A stretch of DNA of 64,000 bases, taken from positions 2,790,001 through 2,854,000 of the forward strand of contig CM022665.1 in assembly GCA_012295275.1 (NCBI GenBank), written 5' to 3'. This DNA comes from Chrysomallon squamiferum. Taxonomy: Eukaryota > Animalia > Mollusca. Below, one piece after another: positions 11,791-24,382 of this stretch; positions within the stretch are counted from its first letter, which is position 1; the number at the start of each line of letters is the position of its first letter. The position numbers and the translations under genes are program-made. The notes below the pieces were generated by a model. The model was not told the origin of the DNA. It searched no databases and saw only the letters and a list, made by a program, of their open reading frames with translations.

Positions 11791-14470
11791 GTAAGTAAGG
11801 GTGTATCACTTTCGATAATTAATATGTTTTTTAATTATATTTCTGGTTACTTGTGCTTTACAGTGAATATTCTTTCGTGTTGTTACTGTTAATAAATAAT
11901 TTTTTGATTTATGTCGTAATCATGGAATTGATTCAACTGAATGTCTCGACGTTATAATACAGTAATTCGTATAAAAAGTTATTTGTCAGTGTTAAAACTA
12001 AAACAAAACCATTTTCTGAAAGTTTGACATTGTAGTTAATACACATTAAATGCTGCAAAGAATAATTTTTCAACACACACACACACACACACACACTTTA
12101 AAGTGAAATAATAACCTGCTGTATTGCTGAAGTGAATAACGTTAAGTAAATAGTAAATGCAGATATTTATTTGATTCTTACAAATAAAACTGAAATATCT
12201 GTTTATTACTAAAGTAACTAATGAGACAACATTATTAGTACTGCTGAAATTTTATTATATTTTTAAAAAAGAAAAGAAAACAGTATTAATATACTATGTC
12301 TTCAAAGAAGAACATATACTTCTTTGTTTTAATTGACTACATTTTATCATATCAACAAGTATGCACATCTAGTAAAATATTACACCTGCACTTCAGGCAG
12401 AAAATCAGAAGTAATAACAGAGAGTTGTTAAAGATTTTTTGAAAAAAGCATAATTGTTTCCATCTCTTTATATATAAAGAAAATAAAAGTAGGAACTAAT
12501 ACACTTAATCTGATTTATTAAAAACACTTTATGTTTATTTTGATATCCACTATAGAACAATATATTTTGATTCTTACACAATGGAACCATGTATTTTTCA
12601 GGATTCTAGCAACATGAAAAAAGCAGTGCATGAAAAATAATTATTACTAAATTTGTTAATAAAATGAAATAAGTAACTGAATGAATGAAATCAGAGTATT
12701 ATTATCAGGCTGGCCAAGGCTTTTTTCTTTTTCTGTAGGCATACTAAGATCATGAATTTTCCTATTTTTAGAATATTTGTTATATCATTTTATTTATTTA
12801 TTAGTATGACATGATGCCATTTAGCTGGCTGGGTACAGGCACCCTTAATGAATTAAATCTTAATCAGGTGTCTACATTTAATAAACTTGATGCAGTTTAT
12901 TTGCAAAACTCTGACTATTTTTCTTTTAAATGAAGATCTGTTAAACTAATAGTAATACCTGAATATTTAATTTTAACTTAAATATTGTTATATCTCTCCT
13001 ATTTCACATTTACATCTATGATTATTAGATTAATTTTTGAAATTAGATTACATATGTCAAATGTATTTTTAAAATGATTATTAATTAAAATTATTTTATG
13101 CTGTCCTTTTATCTATAAATGTTTTATTTAAATAATCAGTTTGATTATCAAGAATTTGTAATTCAAATTTGTATAATATTTTCCTTTTGGAAAAGGGGAC
13201 AGTTCAGAAATTAGAGTATAAAAGTAGAGTGACCCAAAACAACAAGCCACACTGGTAATTTCCTTTATTTTAGCCTATTAATATAACTGTTACTAGGGTT
13301 AAGTGTATCATTAAATTCACTGACAGTAGTTTGTATCTGAAGCATGTGGAGAAATAACTGTGGTTTTCTTTGCACTGAACAGCGATATATTTTATACACA
13401 ATAGGTACAGTTTAACTTTAACTATACTTTACTTCCTTCTTTCATTAAATATGTCAATTCATTATCACTACAAGTCATTATATTTGAAAGTAAAGTGAAT
13501 CATTATTCTGTATGTGGAAACTGTTAATATGAAACATGATATTCTTATAAAACTGATACAACAGTTGTTTCCTTATTTTAGATACATACGGTTAATATTG
13601 TCATTATAAAAGATAAAGATTACAGAAGGATGCTGTATTTTAGTTTATTGCACTTGGTGTAACAGTATAATAACATCATAATATATTTATTTCTCTCAGT
13701 TAAAAATATAATGGAACTCATCACCAGCATGAAGATTACATAAATGACATTCTATCTTCTCTTTCAGTATTGAATCACCTATCAGTTCTATAAAAAGTTT
13801 GACATTACCTCTTCTAAATTATCATGATGTACTAGCATTTTTTAATAGATAATGTTCTAATTTAAAATTATGCTTAAACATTCTGTAATTAACACCATTA
13901 GATGACTGATATTTATCCTTGTTCCATTTTTATAAGAACAGATCACATGTTTTTCTTGGCATCATTTTTTTTTTGTTACCATGCATCACTGTAGATTTCA
14001 AGAGAGTGCAGTTAATGATGTGAATCATTTATTGTTTGCACTAATAGTAGCCTACAGTATTGTTAGTATGTAGCAACACAATTAACTTAAAATCTACATC
14101 AAGGTCTCCTGCAAGATCCTCTGATACTGACTAAATACCATTACAGTTTTTTGTAGCAAAATCATTTAATATTATAAACACAAAAAAGGGGACAATGTTT
14201 TTCATTGTCTTTTTCCAATAATGCAAGGAAAACATTCTGGTTTATGGCTATTTACTATTGTAGATTTTATTCCATATTGAGTTTTATTCTGAAACATTTC
14301 CCATTAATATCATAACTTAGTATTTTTTGTCACAAACCAATATGCCATACATAATCAACTGCTGTTTCAAAATCAATAAAAACAAAAACATAGTACATAT
14401 TGTTCTTAGTTCTTTTTAGTAATTCAAATAATGTATTCAAATAATGTATAAAATATATCATCAATTGTGA

Positions 14471-14579
14471 AAAATGATGTGATGGGAAGATAAAAATGTC
14501 TGATTTTACAAGGCAAAATCTGTTAAATGAACTTTTAAATAATTTTATATTTGAACTAGCAGCATTATTAAAATAATAA

Positions 14580-14617
<38 letters not shown>

Positions 14618-14744
14618 TTTTTGTAGTTGTAAAGAAATAATCTACACAATTCATCCAGTCTTAATTTTATATCTACAAGACAAAAGGTGGTACTAATTTC
14701 CAGCTACCTCCCTATTATTTTAATGATGTTAAAAGGTACAATTT
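14471..14744 (+). repeat. Composite dispersed repeat: segment A (14471-14565), (TAAA)n, segment B (14621-14744)
   Basis: Segment A matches 10788-10881 directly. Segment B matches 20033-20158 in inverted orientation. Confidence 0.85.
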
Positions 14745-15599
14745 GTGAAAAACGAACTAATTCTTATCCAGTAATTAAACGTAATCTGGTAACACCATCA
14801 ATCTGTTCTTAATTATAGGTTAAATAATTTTCCCAAACAATTTAGCAATATAATAGTTCAGTAATTTCTTGGATCAAGTTGTTTACTTTATTTATACAGG
14901 GACTACATTTCCTTCAAGCCAAGCTGTAGGAATTATTCCTGTACTATTTAATAATTTAATAATATTTAATAATTTAATAATTTAATAATTAATAATTTAA
15001 CAAATATCACATGTTAAAGTAATATATTCATTAATTAGGCCTTGACTTTAACTTTTTTTTCACAATGTAGCCATTAGTAAAATATGACATTTTTTTTTAG
15101 TTTTTTTTTAAATTTAAATATTTATACTTAAACATATGTCTGTTATGAGCATTAAAAAATTCAAATCTTTTATTTCAAATTAAATATACTTTTATCACGA
15201 ACTCAGTATGGGAAAATATATGCATTTATCAAAACTATTAACTTTGAATACACTCTGCCTCTGATATGGATCATGAAAATGTTTTGCAGTATATATTAGT
15301 CCAATATGCCCTGCTGATATTAAAACCTTTCATCGCGTTCAGTTTACATTGCCAAATGTGAATGACCTGGTATGATTGGTGATGACATGTGTGTTGCAAA
15401 ATACATATTTTAACAGTTCATTATTATTTTTATTTAACACTTGTAACCTTTCCAGTGTTTTTGTTTTTTCTGGTTTTGCTTGTATTACTAGGTCAGCTGC
15501 ATTTTTCAAATTTTTTCAGTGTGTCTTTCTAAACATTTTTGTACCCAACATGAAATAATCCTTTTACATGTATACAAAACATATAATTTGTTTTCTTCA

Positions 15600-17030
15600 C
15601 TGAATGTCACTCATTCAGACTTTATTTTCCATGATGGCAAAAAAATCTACTGACCATTTATCTTTTTCTCATAGCTACTTCTTGTTACTGTTGTTTCTGT
15701 CCACTTTGTCACTAAATAATGGCCAAACACTTGACATCATCAATATGAGCATTACTAACAACCTTGTTTTAAGTAAGTATGCAACAGTAATCCACCAAAA
15801 CCCAAGCTTTACACACTCATCAAAGTTGGAATTTCAGAAACAGATGAACAAATTATTTGCCAGAAATTAGTTTATTGCTTTCATAATCTTTATTTTTAAA
15901 TATGCTGTCATATGCTATTAAAATCACTAGTTGAATATTTAGCTAACACAATTAAAATCTCAGTTGTAATCTGATTAAAAGTTTTTGCTGTCAAATATAC
16001 AGAGTTTTCAGGAGGTATTTATACAAATCTACAAAGAATATCTAAGATACACCCTTTTATTTGAAACTATAAAATTAAATCGCATTCTGTCATTTGAATT
16101 TTTACATTTTTTGCAAGATTATTTTTTTTTATAAAATGAGCAATACAGCACAATTACTCATAAATAATTTTTTAGTTAATGAATAATCTTTTTTGTATGT
16201 ATATCATCTGAAAACCCATTATTTCTATTGGTTATAATCATTTATTTTTGTTTCAACAAAGCATAAATAAAGCCTCGTATTTATTTAGAGATTCCTTAAG
16301 TTCAGGTTATTTGGTCTTTTACATAACCCACATATATTTAAGAACAAAATGTAGAGAGACACTTTACTACATTATGTATTACACAAGTCTGTGCAGTTAT
16401 GATTATTTCTGATTTAAGTGCATCCTGTTTCGTTATCCTAGTGATGACTTTGTGAGCTGTTTTGCTGGCTTTAGATGTTGTTCAGTCCTTTATCTTTACA
16501 TCCCTGTATTTGCTGTTGAAGTCTGTTTGTCACAGCCATCTTTCATGAGTTGTGTATCATATATCTTTCTTAAACAGTGTTCATCTACATACAGTTCACT
16601 GTAAACAGGTGCACCTTTTCCCCTGCTCTCTTTGCCTGTTTGTAATAAGCCTATAATGATGTAATTATTTTCTTCTTTCTTTTATCTCTTTTTTGAAATG
16701 GTTAATTTATTCAAAAATGTTTCCATTTAAATTTTGTGTGGGTGCAGCTTTTCAAACCATTTCATGGTCTTTAAAATTAAAAAATTTGGCCACTTTGAGC
16801 CTGGGTCCTAAATCAGACATGAAACAGAATGAACTATCAGTGTTGCTGCTGACACTTGTATGAGTTGTTAATCATTGTAATCAGACTCATACGATGCCAG
16901 TAAGAGGCTTTGATATAAATATTCTCAGAACATTTGTTAAGTTGTTCTCAGCTAGAAGAGGAACTGCACACAGAAGACAAGCTGATCAATGTTACAAGCA
17001 CATACACTGATGTCGCAATATTTTCATTAT
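15600..17030 (-). mobile_element. Second degenerate LINE relic (ORF1 C-terminus plus APE endonuclease), same type as 860-2700
   Basis: The - strand gives ORF1-like 'PRLKVAKFFNFKDHEMV*KAAP..NHFKKEIKKRRK' and 'KQAKRAGEKV..SELYVDE' (~16810-16575). The endonuclease part reads 'ILFLNICGL..CFVETKIND..IEIMGF', 'DILCRFV*IPPENSVY' and 'SDFNS' (GDFN motif, ~15920). Ends approximate. Confidence 0.8.
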
Positions 17031-17711
17031 CAGTGAATATATTATTACAACAAAAAATGTATGTGCCACCACCTTCTTAAAATTCTGTATTACATATGAA
17101 TACAATTTAATAACACTAATGAAAGTAAAATCATACATATCTGAATATACTACTGTTAATAATGTCTGCTCCAAAAATCTCATGTTGGTTATTCAGGTCA
17201 TTCAAAGGCTGAGTAAAATCTGCAATAAGATCAATAAGGATAGATATTGGTATCACTGTTCAGTTTTAGCCTGGGATTTAATTATTTGTCTGGTGCTGTT
17301 TTTAGAAGCAAACCTGCATGTTAGAAGATGTTTAAATCATGTTATTCTTTGATCAGTCTTTGAATATGTTTGAGGGTAAGAATTGTGTCATCAGATTTGC
17401 TTGGGTTTATTAATAATAAAGGAGAAATAAGAAAACAAAATTTCCAAAGAAAATGTTAATGTTTCCAGTGGTAAGTCAGCTAGTCAGACTTAGTTAATAA
17501 TAAAGTATATGTACACTGTTTTATATTGAAACAACATCAAACAATTCAGCATGGAAATTCTGCATGTTGTACTAGTTAGAATGTATCAAGAGTAGAATTT
17601 GTGTTGATTTGTAATAATAATGATTGAAAATTTGATTTCATTTTATACAGACGATGTACGTCGTACGCTTTTAACTAATTTCATAATGTTATTTATTACA
17701 GATAAAACAAC

Positions 17712-17812
17712 ATGAGTGTTTGGAAGCGACTGCAGAGGGTTGGCAAGTCTGCTTCTAAATTCCAGTTCACTGCCTCCTTTCAAGAGTTGATGGTGGAATG
17801 CACAAAGAAATG
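17712..17812 (+). CDS. EHBP1: EHBP1 coding exon 1 (MSVWKRLQRVGKSASKFQFTASFQELMVECTKKW), NT-C2 start
   Basis: Acceptor at 17700-17701, ATG at 17712 preceded by an in-frame TAA, donor at 17813, phase 2. Confidence 0.95.
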
Positions 17813-18320
17813 GTAAAATCTGTCACAGTGTCTAAATAAAGTTTGTATTGCAAAATGTAAACATTTTCTTTATTACACAAAACATCTTAATAAATAGTTT
17901 CAGAAAGATGTACAGTCTCATTGCATTGAGTAAATATGAAATTACAGCTATGAAGCTGTGCCAGTTATTTCTTTCTTTGACTTTAATTATATTTCCTGCA
18001 TTGTTCTGCAGTCGACAATTTCACATGTGCTTGAACTTTTTTGTCAGTTATTAAATAATGATTTTTATCTGCAGACATTCTAATAAAACACTGAATTAAA
18101 ATAAATGTATTTATTTTTTTATTTGTTTTCCATATTTATTATTTTACCATATAATGTATTAAATGTAATGATCATTAATCCACCTTTAAACATTTGAAAA
18201 TTGAAACACAACTTTATCTTTCCAGTATCAAATCAATTGAAATTAATCGCAGTGTTAATAATTTGAGATTCTCATTGTTTACTTCAAAAATCTGAAATAT
18301 ATGATTATTATTTTTTTAAG

Positions 18321-18378
18321 GCAACCCAATAAAGTTTGTGTAGTGTGGACCAGAAGAAACAGAAGAAAATCTACACAG
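18321..18378 (+). CDS. EHBP1: EHBP1 coding exon 2 (QPNKVCVVWTRRNRRKSTQ)
   Basis: AG/GTAAGT, 58 nt, phase 2 to 0. Confidence 0.95.
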
Positions 18379-19084
18379 GTAAGTTTGTGTTATCTCATTG
18401 ATTTACACAAAAACAGTGAAAGAGAAAAATATACACGTACAAAGGTAGCTGAAATACAAATTTACTCAAAAAGTTACAGAAATGAAATGTTTTAAATAAA
18501 TTTTGTGTTGTATTTCTTTATTAATATAAAGTGCATATATGATTTTTTCTTTTGTGATATATATATATATATATACATACATGAGTATCTTTTTTTTTTT
18601 TCTACAAGTACTACACAGATGTTAAAGTGTGCCTGTGGGAATAACAACAAATGGTCCAATAAAAGTTTTCATGCTTCTAAATTATTACTTTATTGTTATG
18701 TGCTACCTGCCATAACTCATAATAAAGTACAACAATACAGTAATGATGTTTAACAGTACTGGAGTTGTGACATCATTGTGTTTATAGTATAATCTGCAAA
18801 TCTGTCCATGCTGTATTTGTGACTACAGAAAAATGACACTGTCTTGACATTTGTAAACTGTACTCTGTTATTGCAATACTTGATTATAGTTAAGACTGGA
18901 TTTAAATAACAAAAAACATCTTACGAAAGTCTTACTTTAACATATAGGTTTCTGAAATCGGTTACTGACAAGATGAAATAACACTAGAGTTAAGAAAACA
19001 AATACACAGTTAGATTGTCATTGCCTGTATTAACATATTTTGAGTAGATAACGTGTTTTGATACATTTCTGTATTATGATTCAG

Positions 19085-19234
19085 TTGTATACATGGGATC
19101 CCACAATAAAAAATCCATACCGAGGTCTAGTTACGTGGAGTGTGCCAGAGAATGTGGAAATTCAAGTGACTTTGTTCAGAGATTCCAGGCAGGATGAGTT
19201 TGAGGACAAAGAATGGATGTTTGTTGTAGAAGAT
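19085..19234 (+). CDS. EHBP1: EHBP1 coding exon 3 (LYTWDPTIKNPYRG...EFEDKEWMFVVED)
   Basis: AG/GTTAGT, 150 nt, phase 0 to 0. Confidence 0.95.
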
Positions 19235-19662
19235 GTTAGTTTATTTTGCCTAAATTGTTATTATTATCATGTTCCTAAATAATTTTGAACACTTCTTTGT
19301 CTCAAATTATGCTGTACTTTCTTACCTTTGATTATCAAGGTAATGAATTAATTAAATTTCTGTCATAAGGCAGTCTCTTGAAAATTTAACAAAAATTATT
19401 TATTTACAAAATTAAATCCAAACAAAATTATTTTTCATTTTTCATTTTACAATATTTGTGGATATTTTATAATCAGTTTTGCTTTCTAGATGTAAGTTAA
19501 TTATAACTATTAATGTTAAGAAATTTGTTATTTGGTGGTTTTTCTTTTTCTCAATAAAAACCTACATTAAAATATATTTAAGTATATGGTAAACATCATT
19601 TTTATTCTTTAAGAACTATAACAGTACAGTCGGTATAGCTATTTTTAAAATTTTAATTCCAG

Positions 19663-19841
19663 CATTCCAAAGGTCGCCGTAAAGTACTTGCAACGAAAAC
19701 CATTAATATGAAGGAATTTGCAAGTCATCTTCCAACACAAAAGACCATCAAGCTTGTGATGAAGCCAGCTACCAAGAAAGTTGTATCAGCGGTGTTAGAG
19801 GTCACCATATCTTGTGTATTTATTAGGGAAGGAAAGGCAAC
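19663..19841 (+). CDS. EHBP1: EHBP1 coding exon 4 (HSKGRRKVLATKTINMKEFA...SCVFIREGKAT), NT-C2 end
   Basis: AG/GTAAGT, 179 nt, phase 0 to 2. Confidence 0.95.
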
Positions 19842-20032
19842 GTAAGTAACATTATTCAAATGTATGTTGACATAAAAAATATTTACATTTGAACAAACTT
19901 GTAGCCTTAGGGGAAAATGAAATATACTTGATGTTTCATGATATTGATGTTTCTTTTTCAATGAACAATCAACTGAAAATTCATTATTCTGTGAACTGCT
20001 GACAGCTTCTATGAAGTTTATGGAAAACAAAA

Positions 20033-20158
20033 AAATTGTACCTTTTAACATCATTAAAATAATGGCAAGGTAGCTGGAAATTAGTACAATCTTTTGTCTT
20101 GTAGAGATATAAAATTAAGACTGGCTGAATTGTGTGGATTATTTCTTTACAACTACAA
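20033..20158 (-). repeat. Dispersed repeat segment B, inverted relative to 14621-14744
   Basis: By-eye alignment gives about 7 substitutions and one 2-nt indel over ~125 nt. Confidence 0.9.
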
Positions 20159-20218
20159 GAACATTTTACTTGAAAGATATTCTTTTTGATGACTTAAATC
20201 TCTGAAATGTTTTGCTAG

Positions 20219-20448
20219 AGATGAAGACATGCAGAGCGTGGCTAGTTTAATGAGTTTTGGCCGTTCAGACATTGGCAATCTTGATGACCTGGAGGAGGAG
20301 GAAGAAGAAGAAGGAGAAGGAGGGAGAAATGTATCAAGTGAAATTCAAAATATCACACTACAGTTGGACAATCTAGAGGCTCATGGTAATCCCTTTGAAG
20401 ATGATGATATCATCGAATGCTCTGATGAAGATTGTCTCAATCCATTTG
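20219..20448 (+). CDS. EHBP1: EHBP1 coding exon 5 (DEDMQSVASLMS...NPF...NPF)
   Basis: 230 nt, phase 2 to 1. Contains the DEDMQSxASLMS motif and two NPFs. Confidence 0.93.
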
Positions 20449-22502
20449 GTATTGTTGCTTGCTTCTTTCTCTTGTTTTCTCTACTAATTTTAAAAACAAC
20501 AAATCTTTAGGAAAATATCCCATTGGTGGGAAGTAATAAATATTGAAGTATAATAAAGTATAATAAAGTAATTCATTTTAATTAATGAAATCGTATACAT
20601 CATGATTCCATATAAATCCTGATTCATATTCATAATTTATTATGAATGATTTGATGCTGATTTGATTTAGAAATAAACAGTAATAGAAATATTAATATAA
20701 TATAAAATCAATAAATAATACCTGCGGACTTGGAACTCTATTTATATTTATTTCATTCAATCTTGTGCAATACATAGTTCAGATGTATATATATATATAT
20801 ATATATACATATATATATTAGATCAGAAAAAATATGACTACAAATGGTAAAAAGGGTAAAGGCAATTAGGTAATCTGTTTAAAAAATAAAATTCTATTTC
20901 TGTAATTGCTACAGGGTTTTTATTTATTTATTTTGTTTTAATCCACGATTTATTTTAGTTATTATTCTGTCAAAACCAGAAATTAAAATCTTCATTTGTG
21001 TCTCATTAGCTTGAAATGTTCTGTTCTGTTTCATAAGTTATTTCTTTATTTTTACATAAAAAGGTTCCATCTTTTGAGCATTTGATCATGCTAAAAATAC
21101 ATTAGATACATTAGGTGGGATCCTGGATTATACCAATAATTTTGAGATATTTTAAATAATAACAAATGTATTTAAAGTGTTTTAGCAGATAATCCTCCGA
21201 CTCAGGTAATCTTTTTGTAATGCCAAGTTTTTGTACCCTACTTTGTGTGTACAAAATTATTAAAGTAGCTAGTAATGTTTGAAACAATAAGATTAAAAAT
21301 AAATACTAAAAAAAAAAAATTTAAGGTGTCCATCACATTTACAAAATAATCCTATAGTGTATCCAAACTAAACATGAAAGAGTTACCTTTCTTTGAACTG
21401 AATGTGTAAAACTTTAGAATAGATATTTCTCTTTTTCTTTAATTTAGAAGAAATTGCTTTATATTGATTATGAACAGGTGAAATAGTTGTCTGATAACAC
21501 CTCCAAATATTTTAATATTGACAGTTATGGGTTTAGTCTATATTTGAATATAAAATAAAACTGCATTAAACAGAGGATATCCTGCTAATATTGTGTTATT
21601 TTGTAATCAGTCACAAAATATTTTTAGAGACAGGAAAGCTCATAACCATTGATAAACCAGCTAATGACACAAGCTAGAATGCCAAGTAGTTCAAGGGTCT
21701 GATAAATAAATATTAATTTTGTGAACTTTCATATCATAATCACTGATTACAACTTGCATCTTGCTGAACAGATAATTAACAACACTGTTTATCTTAGTTA
21801 CAGTTCATCTGTACAGTAATATTTATACTTTCATTTCACCAAGTTTTGTATTGTTTTTATAAAAATAATAACTAGTTACGTGATAACTAATTGTAGAGTA
21901 GATGTCACACAATTTGCTTTTATCTTTATATTTGTTTTGTAGAAGCAGTTGGATTTTTTTGTTCTCTTTTCTTTTTTGTTTTTTAAATGGAACTGCATGT
22001 TGGATTGATTTTTGTTTTTTCTGTTTGTGAATGTGTATTTTAGATGCATCTTTTTCTGGATTGTGTTCTGTTTGGTTCTATGTTATGTTTACTGTCTTTG
22101 TTTAATTGAATTGTAATAGCAATAAGATATGTAAAATAATACCCAGGTAATTTAAAATAAATGGCAAATGGCTCTTCTGCAAAAAATTAAGTCTATCTTA
22201 CAGAAATGATTAATTGTAGATGTAGTTTTGTAAATGCCAGTGGAAAGGATTTTTTGCAAGATTTATGTAATATTCATTGTCAGATATTTTCAAAGACTAA
22301 AATTTATTCAATTGTTATAAAAGAAATTAATGTTATAGTCTAAATCAGTAGTGTACATACAGTAAATAATTAACTGTTTTTATGGCAACAGTTTTATCTT
22401 TGTTATTTTCTACTATATTTTCATTATGCCAGTTAATATCTTAACTAGAAAACATAATATATTAATTAGTTTATTTATAATGTGTTTTTTAACTTATTGT
22501 AG

Positions 22503-22878
22503 CTGAACCAGTATTTGAAAAATGCAGGAGTTCAAAAATGGATTCAGATACAGCAAATTGTTCAAAATTGGTAAACAATCCATTTGAAGAACCTTCTTCT
22601 TCTAGGATTAATCCATTTGAAGACTCTGACCCAACATTACCAAAAACATCTAGTCCTGTTCCAAAAACTAAATCTAGTACTCTGCCTGCTTCAAGGTCTA
22701 AAATGCAAAGTAATTCCAAAAGTCATAAGTGTTTAACACTGAAACTTACTCAAACTGCCTCCCCTTCTGAAAGACCAATATATGAGGGAACACCACCACT
22801 GACCCCAGAAGAAGAGAAGTCAGAGCCAGTGAGAGCTATAACACCACCTCCAGATTTAGACAATGACTCTTCTGTCAG
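22503..22878 (+). CDS. EHBP1: EHBP1 coding exon 6 (two NPF motifs, Pro/Ser-rich)
   Basis: AG/GTTAAT, 376 nt, phase 1 to 2. Overlaps ORF 22538..22903. Confidence 0.88.
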
Positions 22879-23342
22879 GTTAATTTTTCTTTATCACAAC
22901 TAAAATCACTTACTTTGAGGAACTGAAACACCATTTTCTTTTGACATGCCATATAGCAATATGTGGGGTTTTTTCTCTTTCACTTTTTATTTTTTTTATT
23001 TTTTTTAACGAACAGTAAAAAAAAAGATATAAAATCTCCATGGCACATCTTTGAATGTGAGTTTAACTTCTGAGGCATCATTTGTCCATACTTATTTAAA
23101 GATGACTGATTTTATTGCAAAGTGAAGTTCAAAATTTTATCCACTCCTAACCTGAAAACTGTTTGTCATCATCTGTCTTGGTTTCAGATGAAATTGCTAC
23201 CTAATTCTCTGTGACATGCCTGAAAAGGAAAAAGAAAAGATTAATTGCTCTGGTCAGCACAAGTATTTAAAAAGTGATTATTATTATTATTTTTTTTTTT
23301 TATGGACTACCTTGTCAGTTACGATTTTTTTTTTTTTTTCAG

Positions 23343-23412
23343 GTCTGAATTTCTTGATACAAGTCCAAGCAAACAGTCTGGTGAACATAATGCGGTTTTA
23401 GAAGAAAGCCAG
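23343..23412 (+). CDS. EHBP1: EHBP1 coding exon 7 (SEFLDTSPSKQSGEHNAVLEESQ)
   Basis: Poly-T CAG acceptor, GTAAGT donor, 70 nt, phase 2 to 0. Confidence 0.88.
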
Positions 23413-23523
23413 GTAAGTAGTCCAGGTGAAAAAAATTGGACGAAACTGACATTTTCTAAAAATTAGTTATTAAAACGAATGTTGAAGTATGAATTGTTGT
23501 TGTATAGATTGATGTTTTTTCAG

Positions 23524-23690
23524 AAGGAATCTCCTGCAGCCAGTCAGAGCAGTTCCATCCTTGAGTTACTCTCCTGGTGTAAAGAGGTCACCAAAGACTA
23601 CAAAGGTGTGAAAATCACCAATCTGACCACATCTTGGCGAAATGGCTTAGCATTCTGTGCTATTATTCATCATTTCAGACCTGACCTGCT
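23524..23690 (+). CDS. EHBP1: EHBP1 coding exon 8, CH domain start ([41 protein letters not shown])
   Basis: 167 nt, phase 0 to 2, type-2 CH signature. Confidence 0.96.
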
Positions 23691-24041
23691 GTAAGTAAAA
23701 AATATATAGTATGTAAAATAGAAAGACGATAAGAGTGTAATTTAGACAGATCTATTATTTTAACAAATGTTTTTTTTTTGAATAGTAAACAGAAACTATG
23801 TCAGCTTGTACCTCACATTATTATTTTTTATTTTGTCATTTGAAGACTCTTTTGCTTTCTTTTTATTTTTTCCAATAATTTTTAAAAAGGCAGTAATTTG
23901 AATAAGTTTCCTTAAAAGTTAATTTGTTTAACATATGTCAGCTAAATTATTTTTATCTATTTTTACTTTTAATATCTTTATTTCAGTACTCAATTTCCTC
24001 ATTACACAGCATTTTAATTGTTTGTTCTTTTTCCTTGATAG

Positions 24042-24090
24042 TGATTTTTCATCTTTGGCTCCTCATAACATTAAAGGAAACAATAAAATT
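24042..24090 (+). CDS. EHBP1: EHBP1 coding exon 9, CH domain (DFSSLAPHNIKGNNKI)
   Basis: AG/GTAAGT, 49 nt, phase 2 to 0. Confidence 0.94.
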
Positions 24091-24382
24091 GTAAGTATTT
24101 AACCATCTTATTGTTGCTTTATTTTCTGGTCTGGTTATTAAAATATTTCTGTTTCATCTTAGTATAATAAAAAAAAATTGATTAATCTGTGTATTTCATT
24201 AGAAAATATTTATCTAACATACAGATGATTTAGAAAATTAAGTATTTAAAAAAATGCTGGCAAAGATTATTGGATATATATAAATGTAAGCTTCACTTAC
24301 TAACAGATATAATACATATTTTTGATCAGCCATACAATGTATATTTTAATTTGTTTTCTTTTTGATTTTTAAATTAAAACAG

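Noticed and set aside
15955-15980. AATCTCAGTTGTAATCTGA resembling miR-216
   Set aside because: It has several mismatches and lies inside the LINE endonuclease relic on the opposite strand.
23189-23262. Possible extra EHBP1 exon after TTTCAG at 23188
   Set aside because: There is a stop in the required phase and no good donor. The model is complete without it.
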